Shown: piece after piece, positions 40,430 to 52,646 of the stretch
Layout: every line of letters starts with the position of its first letter
How positions within the stretch are numbered: position 1 is the first letter of the stretch
The notes under the pieces: generated by a model
The model's input: only the letters and a program-made list of their open reading frames with translations
The model's database searches: none
What the model was told of the DNA's origin: nothing
Assembly: GCA_963748015.1 (NCBI GenBank)
Contig: CAVVHE010000004.1
Location: 1,600,001-1,664,000, forward strand
Source of the DNA: Terriglobia bacterium
GTDB lineage: Bacteria; Acidobacteriota; Polarisedimenticolia; Polarisedimenticolales; JAIQFR01
Length of the DNA stretch: 64,000 nucleotides
Direction of reading: 5' to 3'
Position numbers and translations under genes: made by a program

Positions 40430-40492
40430 CCCCGGCTGAATGCGTTCGTAGACAGCCCTTTTCTGGGCTGGCGAGAACGCATTCAGCCGGGG
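40430..40492 (+). repeat. Intergenic hairpin repeat, copy 4
   Basis: Perfect 18-bp arms around GTAGACAGCCC-TTTTCT-GGGCTGGCGA. Confidence 0.9.
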
Positions 40493-40573
40493 ACGAGGCG
40501 AAGACCCGACCGAGAAGGAGACGGACTACGTTCGCAGACAGCGAACCGAAGACCCGACCGAGAAGGAGGCCGG

Positions 40574-41566
40574 TCAGGCCTCCCAGCCCTGGAGGATCCG
40601 CGCGTAGTTCGCCCGCTCGAAGGCCTTCGCGTCGGGGCAGCGGACCAGGTTCATGCTCCCCTGCATCTGCCGCAGCGACTCGTACTCGTGCGTCTCGAGC
40701 CACTCGGCCAGCTGCTCCCGGAGCGTTCGAAGGTGCGACACGCCGTTCCGCAGCAGCACCGACACGAGCTGCACCGCGTGCGCCCCGGTCATCACCGCCT
40801 TGACCGCGTCCACCGCGGTGTGCACCCCGCCGGTCACCGCCAGAGAACACTTGATGCGGCCGGACAGGACCGCGAGCCACCGCAGTCTCAGCAGCAGCTC
40901 GGTGGAGTCGGACAGCTCGAGGGCGCGGACGACCTCGAGCTGGTCCACGTCGATGTCCGGCTGATAGAAGCGGTTGAACAGGACCAGGCCGTCGGCTCCC
41001 GCGTCGTCGAGCCGCTTCGCGAAGTGCGCCATCGACGTGTAGAAGGGCGAGAGCTTCACCGCCACCGGGATCCGCACGCTGCCCTTCACGGCGCGGAGCA
41101 TGACCTCGGCGCGGTTCTCGAGCACCTCCCCCGTTTCCGAGGAGTCGGTCGCCAGGTAGTAGACGTTGAGCTCGAGAGCGTCGGCGCCGGCGTCCTCCAT
41201 CAGCCGCGCGTACTGGAGCCAGCCCCCCTCGGTCGCCCCGTTCAGCGAGGCGATCACCGGGACCTTCACGGCCGCCTTGATCCGCCGGATCTGTTCGAGG
41301 TACTCGTCCGGCCCGAGGGCGAACACGCCGGTGTCGGGGAGGTAGGAGCGCGCCTCCGCGAACGACTCGGCGTGGGTGTCCATGTAGCGGGAGGCGGCGA
41401 GCTGCTCGCCCACCACCTGTTCCTCGAAGAGGGAGCGCATCACGATGGCGGAGGCGCCCACGTCCTCCAGCCGGCGCACCGTGTCCAGGTCGTCCACGAG
41501 GGGCGAGGCGCCGGGCATCAGGGGATGGGCGAGCTTCAGGCCGAGGTATTCCGTGGTCAGATCCAT
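40574..41566 (-). CDS. Dihydroorotate dehydrogenase-like flavoprotein
   Basis: MDLTTEYLGL.L..P, SLFEEQ, ASLNG, VKLSP, LFNRFYQPD, TGGVH. Confidence 0.9.
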   Translation of the reverse strand: MDLTTEYLGLKLAHPLMPGASPLVDDLDTVRRLEDVGASAIVMRSLFEEQVVGEQLAASRYMDTHAESFAEARSYLPDTGVFALGPDEYLEQIRRIKAAVKVPVIASLNGATEGGWLQYARLMEDAGADALELNVYYLATDSSETGEVLENRAEVMLRAVKGSVRIPVAVKLSPFYTSMAHFAKRLDDAGADGLVLFNRFYQPDIDVDQLEVVRALELSDSTELLLRLRWLAVLSGRIKCSLAVTGGVHTAVDAVKAVMTGAHAVQLVSVLLRNGVSHLRTLREQLAEWLETHEYESLRQMQGSMNLVRCPDAKAFERANYARILQGWEA

Positions 41567-41578
41567 GGGCCTCTCCTC

Positions 41579-45175
<3,597 letters not shown>

Positions 45176-45480
45176 GCGATGCCTCCTTAGTTATCCCCCG
45201 GGGCGGATCGGCGAAGCCGGTCGTCCTGGCGGGATGCCCCGCGTGAAAACGAACGAGTTCCCTTTCCCCGTCCTTTCGACCTGCGGCGGTCTCCAAGGCG
45301 CCAATCGGCCTCGACGTCGCTCTCGCTGTATCGGCGAGAAAGGTAGCTTGGGGGACACAGTAGCATGTAGAAGGCGCCGCGAAAAGAACCTATTTCGCTC
45401 CCGAGAGTGCGACAACCGGCGGTCCTGGCCACGACGGGAGTTGCTGCTATCCTGTCCCCCACTCCACGCTAGGAGGAGTC

Positions 45481-46500
45481 ATGAGCAAGCCGGTCGCGCT
45501 GGTCACCGGAGCAAGCGGAGAGATGGGGCACCTGCTCCTGCCCGCTCTCGAGAATCGTGGTTTCGACATCGTGTCGCTCGACTTGGCGCCGCTCGGCGCG
45601 GAGCAGTCGGCGCGTTGCGTCGAGGCCGCGCAGGCGAGCATTCTGGACGCGAGCCGCGTGGAGGCTCTGTTCGACCGCTACCGCCCCGCGGCGATCTTCC
45701 ACCTCGCCGCGGTCCTCTCGACCAAGGCGGAGAAGGACCCGGACCTCGCCTACGACGTGAACACCAACGGCACCGTGTCCCTCTTCCGGCTGGCGGGCAA
45801 GGAGGCGCTGCGGCGCGGCGAGAGCGTCAGGTTCTTCTTCCCCAGCAGCATCGCAGTCTACGGTCTTCCCGACGCGCGGGCGAAGGAGGCGGCGGGGGCG
45901 CTCAAGGAGAGCGACTTCAACTGTCCCGCGGGGATGTACGGGATCAACAAGCTCTTCTGCGAGATGCTCGGGAGCTACTTCACGGAGCGCGCCGGGAAGC
46001 GCCGGGAGCCCGGCATCGACTTCCGGGCGATCCGGTTCCCGGGACTGGTGTCGGCCGAGACGCTCCCCTCCGGGGGTACGAGCGACTACGCGCCGGAGAT
46101 GATCCACGCGGCGGCCTCGGGCAAGCCGTACGCCTGCTTCGTCCGTCCGGACACGCGCCTGCCGTTCATGACGATGCCCGACGCGGTGGACGCTCTCCTC
46201 TCGCTCACCTTCGCCGACGCCGCCACACTGACGACCCGCGTGTACAACATCGGCGCCTTCAGCCCGTCCGCGGCGGAGATCCGCGCGGCCGTCCTCGAGC
46301 ACTTTCCCGGAGCTTCGATCGGCTTCGAGCCGGTCGCGGCGCGCCAGGCGATCGTCGACACGTGGCCCGCCGACGTGGACGACCGCAGGGCGCGCGTGGA
46401 TTGGGGCCACTCCCCGAAGCACGGGCTGCGCGAGGCGGTGAGAGACTACCTCGTCCCCGCGCTCGCCCGGCGGTACGGCGCCAGGTCCGTCTCGAGCTAG
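45481..46500 (+). CDS. Extended SDR / NAD-dependent epimerase, L-threonine 3-dehydrogenase-like
   Basis: TGASGEMG, FHLAAVLS, PSSIAVYG, MYGINK, GGTSDYA. Confidence 0.85.
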   Translation: MSKPVALVTGASGEMGHLLLPALENRGFDIVSLDLAPLGAEQSARCVEAAQASILDASRVEALFDRYRPAAIFHLAAVLSTKAEKDPDLAYDVNTNGTVSLFRLAGKEALRRGESVRFFFPSSIAVYGLPDARAKEAAGALKESDFNCPAGMYGINKLFCEMLGSYFTERAGKRREPGIDFRAIRFPGLVSAETLPSGGTSDYAPEMIHAAASGKPYACFVRPDTRLPFMTMPDAVDALLSLTFADAATLTTRVYNIGAFSPSAAEIRAAVLEHFPGASIGFEPVAARQAIVDTWPADVDDRRARVDWGHSPKHGLREAVRDYLVPALARRYGARSVSS

Positions 46501-46692
46501 CCCCCGCGCCTGTCCAGTCAAGTAGATGACAACAATGCACTTATCGACGGCGCCCGCGGTCCGTCCGCGGGCGGTCCGCAGTTTTTCGACGGCGCCGTCC
46601 ACAAGCGAAAAGCCCCGTTTCGAGGGGCACGTCGGGGTATAATCGCGCCACGACGGGCACGATGCCCGGCCCGGCGGAAGGAGGTTCTCGAG

Positions 46693-47124
46693 ATGGCGAA
46701 AGCAGCGAAAAAGAAGGCCTCGCCGAAGAAGAAGACGGCCAAGAAGAAGACGGCCGCCAAGAAGAAGGCCTTGAAGAAAGCGCCGAAGAAGATCGCGAAG
46801 AAGACCGCGAAGAAGAAGGTCACCAAGAAGGTAGCGAAGAAGGTCGCGAAGAAAGTCGCGAAGAAGGCCGTCAAGAAGCCCGCGAAGAAAATCGCGCCGA
46901 AGCCGGCCGCGAAGACCGCGATCGCGCGGAGGCCGGCCGTGGAGAAAGTCGTTCCCGGCAAGACGGCCTCCGCCCCGCCCAAGAAGGAACGCATGGCGCC
47001 GCCCCCGAGGCCGCCCGTGCCGCCGCCGACGCCCGTCGCGACCGACGCTCCCATCCGGCAGGAAGAGGCGTGGCCCGTCTCCCCGCTGGACAAGCCGGTC
47101 CCTCCCTCGGATAGCGGGATCTGA
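46693..47124 (+). CDS. Lys/Ala-rich histone H1-like protein with a Pro-rich tail
   Basis: GGAGG RBS; repeated AKK/KKTA/KKVA pentamers encoded with AAG codons. Confidence 0.75.
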   Translation: MAKAAKKKASPKKKTAKKKTAAKKKALKKAPKKIAKKTAKKKVTKKVAKKVAKKVAKKAVKKPAKKIAPKPAAKTAIARRPAVEKVVPGKTASAPPKKERMAPPPRPPVPPPTPVATDAPIRQEEAWPVSPLDKPVPPSDSGI

Positions 47125-47236
47125 GTCGTCGGACGGGACGCGCCCCGAGCGTCCCGTCCGACTCCGTTCCTAGGGCGCGACGGTCTCGTCGCGAGTTGCC
47201 CGCGTCGCGGGAACGGATGATTTTCACTTCCGCGCC

Positions 47237-47869
47237 GTGGCCACCTTCACGCATCGCGTCCTGCTAGCCCTTGCGCAGGCCGTTCTCTACGTGCCTGGAA
47301 AGCACTACTTCGGCTTCACGGTGCGGGGAGCCGGGAACCTCCCGCGCCGCGGCGGCGCGATCCTCTGCGCGAACCACGCGTCCTTCCTCGATTCGGTCGT
47401 GCTGCAGGCCCCGTTCCGCCGTCCGATCCACTACCTGATGACGGCGGAGTTCTTCTACGCTCCCCGCTACCGCTGGGCCGCGTGGGCGTTCGAGGCGATC
47501 CCCGTCTCGGAAGACTCGGCCAACGCGTCGGCCCTCGAGGCCGCCGGCGCCGTGCTGGAGGCGGGCGACGTGGTCGGCGTGTTCCCGGAAGGCGCCATCT
47601 CCCGGGACGGCAAGCTCGGGGCCTTCCGCTCGGGCGCCGCGGTCCTCGCGATGCGCCACGGCGCGCCGCTGGTACCCGCGTTTCTCGACGGCACCTTCGA
47701 CGCGCTCCCCCGCGGCGCCAAGCGCATCCGGCGCGCCCGCGTGGCCTTGCGCGTCGGCGAGCCGATCGCGGTCGAGCGATCGAGAAAGGCGACCCTCGAC
47801 GGCGACGAGGTCGCGGCGCTGACCACCCGCCTCCACGCCGCCGTCGCCGCCCTCGCCCGACCCGGCTGA
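47237..47869 (+). CDS. plsC: 1-acyl-sn-glycerol-3-phosphate acyltransferase family
   Basis: NHASFLD, VFPEG. Confidence 0.85.
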   Translation: MATFTHRVLLALAQAVLYVPGKHYFGFTVRGAGNLPRRGGAILCANHASFLDSVVLQAPFRRPIHYLMTAEFFYAPRYRWAAWAFEAIPVSEDSANASALEAAGAVLEAGDVVGVFPEGAISRDGKLGAFRSGAAVLAMRHGAPLVPAFLDGTFDALPRGAKRIRRARVALRVGEPIAVERSRKATLDGDEVAALTTRLHAAVAALARPG

Positions 47870-47894
47870 GATCGAGGAACTCGCGTCATCGCAA

Positions 47895-47961
47895 GTCCCG
47901 AGGCGGGAGGGTCCGGAGACAGCCCTTTTTCGGGCTGGCGAGGACACTCCCGCCTCGGGAC
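47895..47961 (+). repeat. Intergenic hairpin repeat, copy 5
   Basis: Core GGAGACAGCCC-TTTTTC-GGGCTGGCGA with inverted arms. Confidence 0.9.
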
Positions 47962-47974
47962 GCTGCTGACCGCG

Positions 47975-50494
47975 TCAGCTCGGGGTCTTGACGAGGGCCT
48001 GCGAGAGGACGCGGCGGACGCTCTCGACGTCGAGCGGCTTCACGAGCACGCGATTCGGCAGCCCCTCGAGGAAGCGCAACGTCTCCTCGCGGACGAGATC
48101 GCCGGTCGCGAAGACGAAGCGCCGGATCATCTCGGGGCGCTCGGCGGCAGCGCGCTCGTAGAGACCCTTGCCGTCGAGATTCGGCATGCGCATGTCGGTC
48201 ACCACGAGATCGAAGTCCACCTCGGCGATGCGGCTCCACGCCTCCTCGCCGTCGTGCGCGACGGTCACGTCGGCACCGTCCTGCAGCAGCAGGCGGGAGA
48301 CGAGGTCGGCCACGGACGGCTCGTCCTCGGCCACGAGGACCCGGCGCCCTTCGAGATACCTCGCGAGCCGGCCGCCCTCGCGGCTTTCGGGCGAAGCGCC
48401 CCGCGCCTGCCCAAGGGCGACGTCGGCCGGGAGCAGGAGCGCGAAGCAGGCGCCGCTGCCGCTCGACGCGGTGGACAGCTCCAGGCGGCCGCCGTGCTCC
48501 CGCGCGATGCCGTACGAGACGGAGAGCCCGAGGCCCGTCCCCTGCCCGGGCTCCTTGGTGGTGAAGAAAGGATCGAAGATGCGCTCGCGGATCGTCGCCG
48601 GGACGCCGGGACCGTCGTCCTCGATCTCGACGGCGACAAAGCCGTCACGCTGGCGCGTCCGCAGCGTGATCCGGCCCGGGCGCCCGAGGGCCGATATCGC
48701 CTGCTCGGCGTTGTTCACGAGGTTCAGGATCACCTGCTCCACCTGGTGGAAGTCGAACAGGGTTTGCGGGAGCCCTGCGGCGAGGTCGAGGGTCACCTCG
48801 ATCCTCGAGGACCGGAGCTGGTAGGCCTTGAGGTCGAGGACCTTTTCGACGCAGGCGTTGACGTCCTCGATGCGCTTCTCCGCGACGTGCTTCCGCGCGA
48901 ACGAGAGGAGGTTCAGCACGATCTTCTGGCAACGGCGCGCGGAATCCACGATGCGCTCGAGGTCCCGTCCCTGTTGCGGGTCGCCCGCCTGGATCTGGAG
49001 GAGCTGGGCGTATCCGAGGACGGCGGAGAGGGGGTTGTTCAGCTCGTGCGCGACGCCGGCGACGACCTCGCCGATGCTCGACAGCCGCTCGGCCTGCGCC
49101 AGGGATCTCTCGACCTGCCGAAGCTCGGTCACGTCCCGCCCGATCCAGACGCGGCCGGCGGCCTCTCCCGAGGGCCCCACCAGCGGGGCATCCACGAGGC
49201 TGACGAAGACCTGCGAGCCGTCGGGACGGGATATCGCGACGTCCCGCGGCGCCGGCTCGTCCACCCCTCCCGGTCGAGGTCCGAGCGAGCCGGGCTCGCG
49301 GTCCAGGACCTTGGCGAGCGGACGGCCGGTCGCGTGCTCCGGCGTGAGGCCGGTGATCCGCGCGGCACCCCGGTTGAACTCGGTGATCCTCCCCTCGGTG
49401 TCGGTTCCCACGATCATGTCGGGGGTGCAGTCGAGGACCCTGCGCAGCTTCTCGCTGGTGCTGCGGTGACGGGCCGCTTCCATGGCGACGTCGCGGAAGA
49501 GCAGCGCGTTCTTGAGGGCGTTCGCGGACGCTCCCGCGGCGACGCGGCAGAAGCGGATCTCGACGGGGGTGAACGGCGTCTCGCGGCTCGCGCGCAGGAA
49601 CAGGGTCCCGAGCACCTCCTTGCCGAACACGAGCGGGAGCACGAGGAGCGACCGGTACCCCATCCGCAGGAGCTGCTCCCTCACCGGGGCCACGATCGGG
49701 TCGTGCTCGACGTCCCTCACGATCACCGGCTCGCGCGTCTCGATCGCCCTCTGGATCTCCGGGTACTTCGCGAGGTCGATCTCGAGCATGTCCGCGTCGG
49801 GGTTGTCGTTGGCCGCCACGACGAAGCAGCTGCGGAGCCGCTCGTCCACGAGGAGGATCGAGCAGCGGTGCGCGCGCACCAGGTCCCCCACCCGCTGCAC
49901 GATGAGCCGCATCACCTGCCGCACGTCGAGGGTTCCGGTAACCGCGTCGCTGATCTCGAGCAGGGCCCTGAGCTCCTCGCTCTCGCGCTTGGCGTGGCGC
50001 AGCGTGTCGAGGGTTCCGGTGACCTGGCGGAGGAGCGGCCCGAGGTACCACGCCACGGCGAGCAGGAACAGGACGCGCGAGGCGAAGGCGAGGCTCAGCG
50101 CCGGGGGGGACGCGAACATCGTGACGGAAGAGGCGGCGTACAGGGCGAGGATCGAGTACTGCGCGAGCGCCGACTGCGTCCGGTCGCGCGCGACGGCCGC
50201 GGCCAGGACGATCAGGAAGAACGAGATCAGGAGGGCGGGGTCCACCGCCGGCGCCCCGGCGAGTGCCAGGGCGGGAAGGAGCGTGTCGGTCAGGACCAGC
50301 ACCGGGGCGGAGCGCGAGAGCCCGAACGGGAGGACGTGACCCGCCACCGCGCTGGCCAGGAGCACCCCGGTCATCGCGTACAGGAACGGAGTCGTCGCGC
50401 CGTTGGACCACGCCACCGCGAGCGTCGCGAGAAGGAGAACCCATCGGAGCACGAGGAGGCCCGTCCGCCCCCCGAAGCCGCGCGCGCCTATCAT
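47975..50494 (-). CDS. Membrane hybrid sensor histidine kinase (TM-GAF-PAS-HisKA-HATPase-REC)
   Basis: AHELNNPL, NLVNNA, DDGPG, FDPFFTTK..GTGLGL, VAEDE..TDMRMP. Confidence 0.93.
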   Translation of the reverse strand: MIGARGFGGRTGLLVLRWVLLLATLAVAWSNGATTPFLYAMTGVLLASAVAGHVLPFGLSRSAPVLVLTDTLLPALALAGAPAVDPALLISFFLIVLAAAVARDRTQSALAQYSILALYAASSVTMFASPPALSLAFASRVLFLLAVAWYLGPLLRQVTGTLDTLRHAKRESEELRALLEISDAVTGTLDVRQVMRLIVQRVGDLVRAHRCSILLVDERLRSCFVVAANDNPDADMLEIDLAKYPEIQRAIETREPVIVRDVEHDPIVAPVREQLLRMGYRSLLVLPLVFGKEVLGTLFLRASRETPFTPVEIRFCRVAAGASANALKNALLFRDVAMEAARHRSTSEKLRRVLDCTPDMIVGTDTEGRITEFNRGAARITGLTPEHATGRPLAKVLDREPGSLGPRPGGVDEPAPRDVAISRPDGSQVFVSLVDAPLVGPSGEAAGRVWIGRDVTELRQVERSLAQAERLSSIGEVVAGVAHELNNPLSAVLGYAQLLQIQAGDPQQGRDLERIVDSARRCQKIVLNLLSFARKHVAEKRIEDVNACVEKVLDLKAYQLRSSRIEVTLDLAAGLPQTLFDFHQVEQVILNLVNNAEQAISALGRPGRITLRTRQRDGFVAVEIEDDGPGVPATIRERIFDPFFTTKEPGQGTGLGLSVSYGIAREHGGRLELSTASSGSGACFALLLPADVALGQARGASPESREGGRLARYLEGRRVLVAEDEPSVADLVSRLLLQDGADVTVAHDGEEAWSRIAEVDFDLVVTDMRMPNLDGKGLYERAAAERPEMIRRFVFATGDLVREETLRFLEGLPNRVLVKPLDVESVRRVLSQALVKTPS

Positions 50495-50620
50495 CGTGTC
50501 CCCCGCCAGCCCAAGGGCTTGTCCGACAATGCGTTTGTATAATTACGCATATGTATACAACCGCAAATATATTGCTGCGCACTGCAAAGACAAGCTGGAC
50601 GGGGCGGGTGGCGGGGCGAG

Positions 50621-50649
50621 TTGACAGGCAAGCGCCGCCGCTCGATAAT
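50621..50649 (+). promoter_or_regulatory. Sigma70 promoter of tRNA-Glu
   Basis: TTGACA-N17-GATAAT. Confidence 0.7.
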
Positions 50650-50655
50650 GTCGCC

Positions 50656-50730
50656 GGCGCTATCGTCTAGGGGTTAGGACGGGTGGTTCTCAGCCATCAA
50701 ACCGGGGTTCGAATCCCCGTAGCGCTACCA
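50656..50730 (+). tRNA. tRNA-Glu (anticodon CTC)
   Basis: GGCGCTA acceptor; GGTGG-TTCTCAG-CCATC; GTTCGAATC; CCA. Confidence 0.95.
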
Positions 50731-50757
50731 ACCCTTTACTGAGAAACGAACCGCGAG

Positions 50758-51078
50758 CTAGGCGTCGATCTTCGGCGTTTCCGCGGTCGATTCCGCCGGG
50801 ATGATATCGAGCTGCGCGGGGAACCGCGTGTCGGGAAACAGCCGCTGGAGGATGCTCAGGACGTTGCGGCGGACGTCGTCGATCCGGTCGGTGGTCATCC
50901 GCTCCGGAATGAGCTTCCCGAGGTACTCGTCTTCCCCCATGCGGCACAGCAGCAGGAACGTCGGATCGTCGGACGAGACGTAGCGCCGCTCGGCGACCGT
51001 GAGCATCGTCATCCGACGCCTCATCTGGCTGTCGAGCTTGAGCCCCACGAAGATCGGGTGCCTGTCGCTGAGTTTCAC
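50758..51078 (-). CDS. Hypothetical protein
   Basis: 106-aa ORF with genome-like codon bias and an AGGAG upstream. Confidence 0.7.
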   Translation of the reverse strand: MKLSDRHPIFVGLKLDSQMRRRMTMLTVAERRYVSSDDPTFLLLCRMGEDEYLGKLIPERMTTDRIDDVRRNVLSILQRLFPDTRFPAQLDIIPAESTAETPKIDA

Positions 51079-51178
51079 GGAAAAGGAACTCCTTCCGGAC
51101 CGCCGTCATGGCCTCCGCCTTGCATAAGAAGGGTCGCAGGAGCCCGGGGGAAAGTCAAGGGCCGCGAAGCTCGGACGA

Positions 51179-52546
51179 TCAGCCCTCGCGTTCGAGCACC
51201 TCGAGGATCTCCTCGGTTTTCTCCTGCATCAGCGCGGCGTCGCCGCGCGACTCCACGTTGAGCCGGATCAGCGGCTCGGTGTTCGAGGCGCGCAGGTTGA
51301 AGCGCCACCGGTCGAATTCGATCCCGACGCCGTCGGTCTCGTCCACCCGGAGCGCCCCGGTCCCGTAGACGGACCGCACTCGCCGGATCGCCGCGGCCGG
51401 GTCGGCCACCCTGCGGTTGATCTCGCCGCTCGCGGGATAGCGGCGCATCCGCTCCGCGACCAGATCGCTCAGCGGCTTGCCGGTTTCGCTCATGATCGCC
51501 ACCACCAGGAGCCACGGGATCATCCCGCTGTCGCAGTACGAGAAGGGCCGGAAGAAGTGGTGGGCCGACATCTCCCCCCCGTACTCGGCATCCTCTCGAC
51601 GCATGACCTCCTTCATGAAGGCGTGCCCGGACTTGCTCTGGACCGGAACGCCGCCTCCCTCCCGGACCATCTCGATGGTGTTCCAGGTGAGGCGCGGGTC
51701 GTGGACGATCCGGGCGCCGGGATTGCGCTTGAGCACCTGCGAGGCCAGGAGGCCGACGATGTAGTACCCCTCGATGAACTGCCCCGCGTGGTCGAACAGG
51801 AAGCACCGGTCGAAGTCGCCGTCCCAGGCGATGCCGACGTCGGCCCGCTCGGCGAGCACGGCGTCGGCCGTCACCTTGCGATTCTCGACGAGCAGCGGGT
51901 TCGGAACGCCGTTCGGGAAGTGGCCGTCGGGGGCGTGGTTCAGCTTCACGAGGCGGAACGGCAGGCGCTTCTCGAGCCGGTCGAGGACCACTCCCGCGCC
52001 GCCGTTCCCGGCGTTCACGACGAGCTTGAACGGCCGGAGCGCGGCGACGTCCACGTACGACAGGAGGTGGTCCACGTAGTCCGGGAGGATGTCCAGCGTC
52101 TCGACCCTGCCGCTCCCCGGGGCGGGACCCAGGTCGTCCGCGAGCACTCTCCGCTCGATCTCCACGAGCCCGGTGTCCGCGCTGATCGGCTTCCCCTTCT
52201 CCCGCACCAGCTTGAGACCGTTGTAGTCCACGGGGTTGTGGCTCGCCGTGATCATGACGCCGCCGTCGAGACCGAGGTGGAAGGTCGCGAAATACACCCC
52301 CTCGGTCCCGCAGGCCCCGATGTCCACCACGTCGACACCCGACGCGGTCAGCGCGTCGCGCATCACTCCCGCCAGCTCCGGGCTCGTGAGGCGGATGTCG
52401 TACCCCACCGCCACGCGGCGCGGGCGCACGAATGCGGCGTAGGCGCGGCCGATCTTGTAGACCAGGTCCCGGTTCAGCTCGTCCGGGATCCGGCCGCGGA
52501 TGTCGTAGGCCTTGAAGCAGGCGAGATGCTGGTTTCCGGCGCCCAT
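51179..52546 (-). CDS. manB: Phosphomannomutase/phosphoglucomutase
   Basis: FKAYDIRG, TASHNP, DGDFDR, GEMSAH, RASNTEP. Confidence 0.93.
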   Translation of the reverse strand: MGAGNQHLACFKAYDIRGRIPDELNRDLVYKIGRAYAAFVRPRRVAVGYDIRLTSPELAGVMRDALTASGVDVVDIGACGTEGVYFATFHLGLDGGVMITASHNPVDYNGLKLVREKGKPISADTGLVEIERRVLADDLGPAPGSGRVETLDILPDYVDHLLSYVDVAALRPFKLVVNAGNGGAGVVLDRLEKRLPFRLVKLNHAPDGHFPNGVPNPLLVENRKVTADAVLAERADVGIAWDGDFDRCFLFDHAGQFIEGYYIVGLLASQVLKRNPGARIVHDPRLTWNTIEMVREGGGVPVQSKSGHAFMKEVMRREDAEYGGEMSAHHFFRPFSYCDSGMIPWLLVVAIMSETGKPLSDLVAERMRRYPASGEINRRVADPAAAIRRVRSVYGTGALRVDETDGVGIEFDRWRFNLRASNTEPLIRLNVESRGDAALMQEKTEEILEVLEREG

Positions 52547-52646
52547 GAGTTGGTCCTCCGCAACCACCCGAACCCGTCGAGGATAGCAGATGCTTGCGGG
52601 CTCCCGGCGGTCCTCTCGGCTATGCTCTTGCCGGGAACGCAACGCC

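Noticed and set aside
46501..46690. Replication origin or DnaA boxes
   Set aside because: Only poor matches to TTATCCACA and no extended AT-rich unwinding element.
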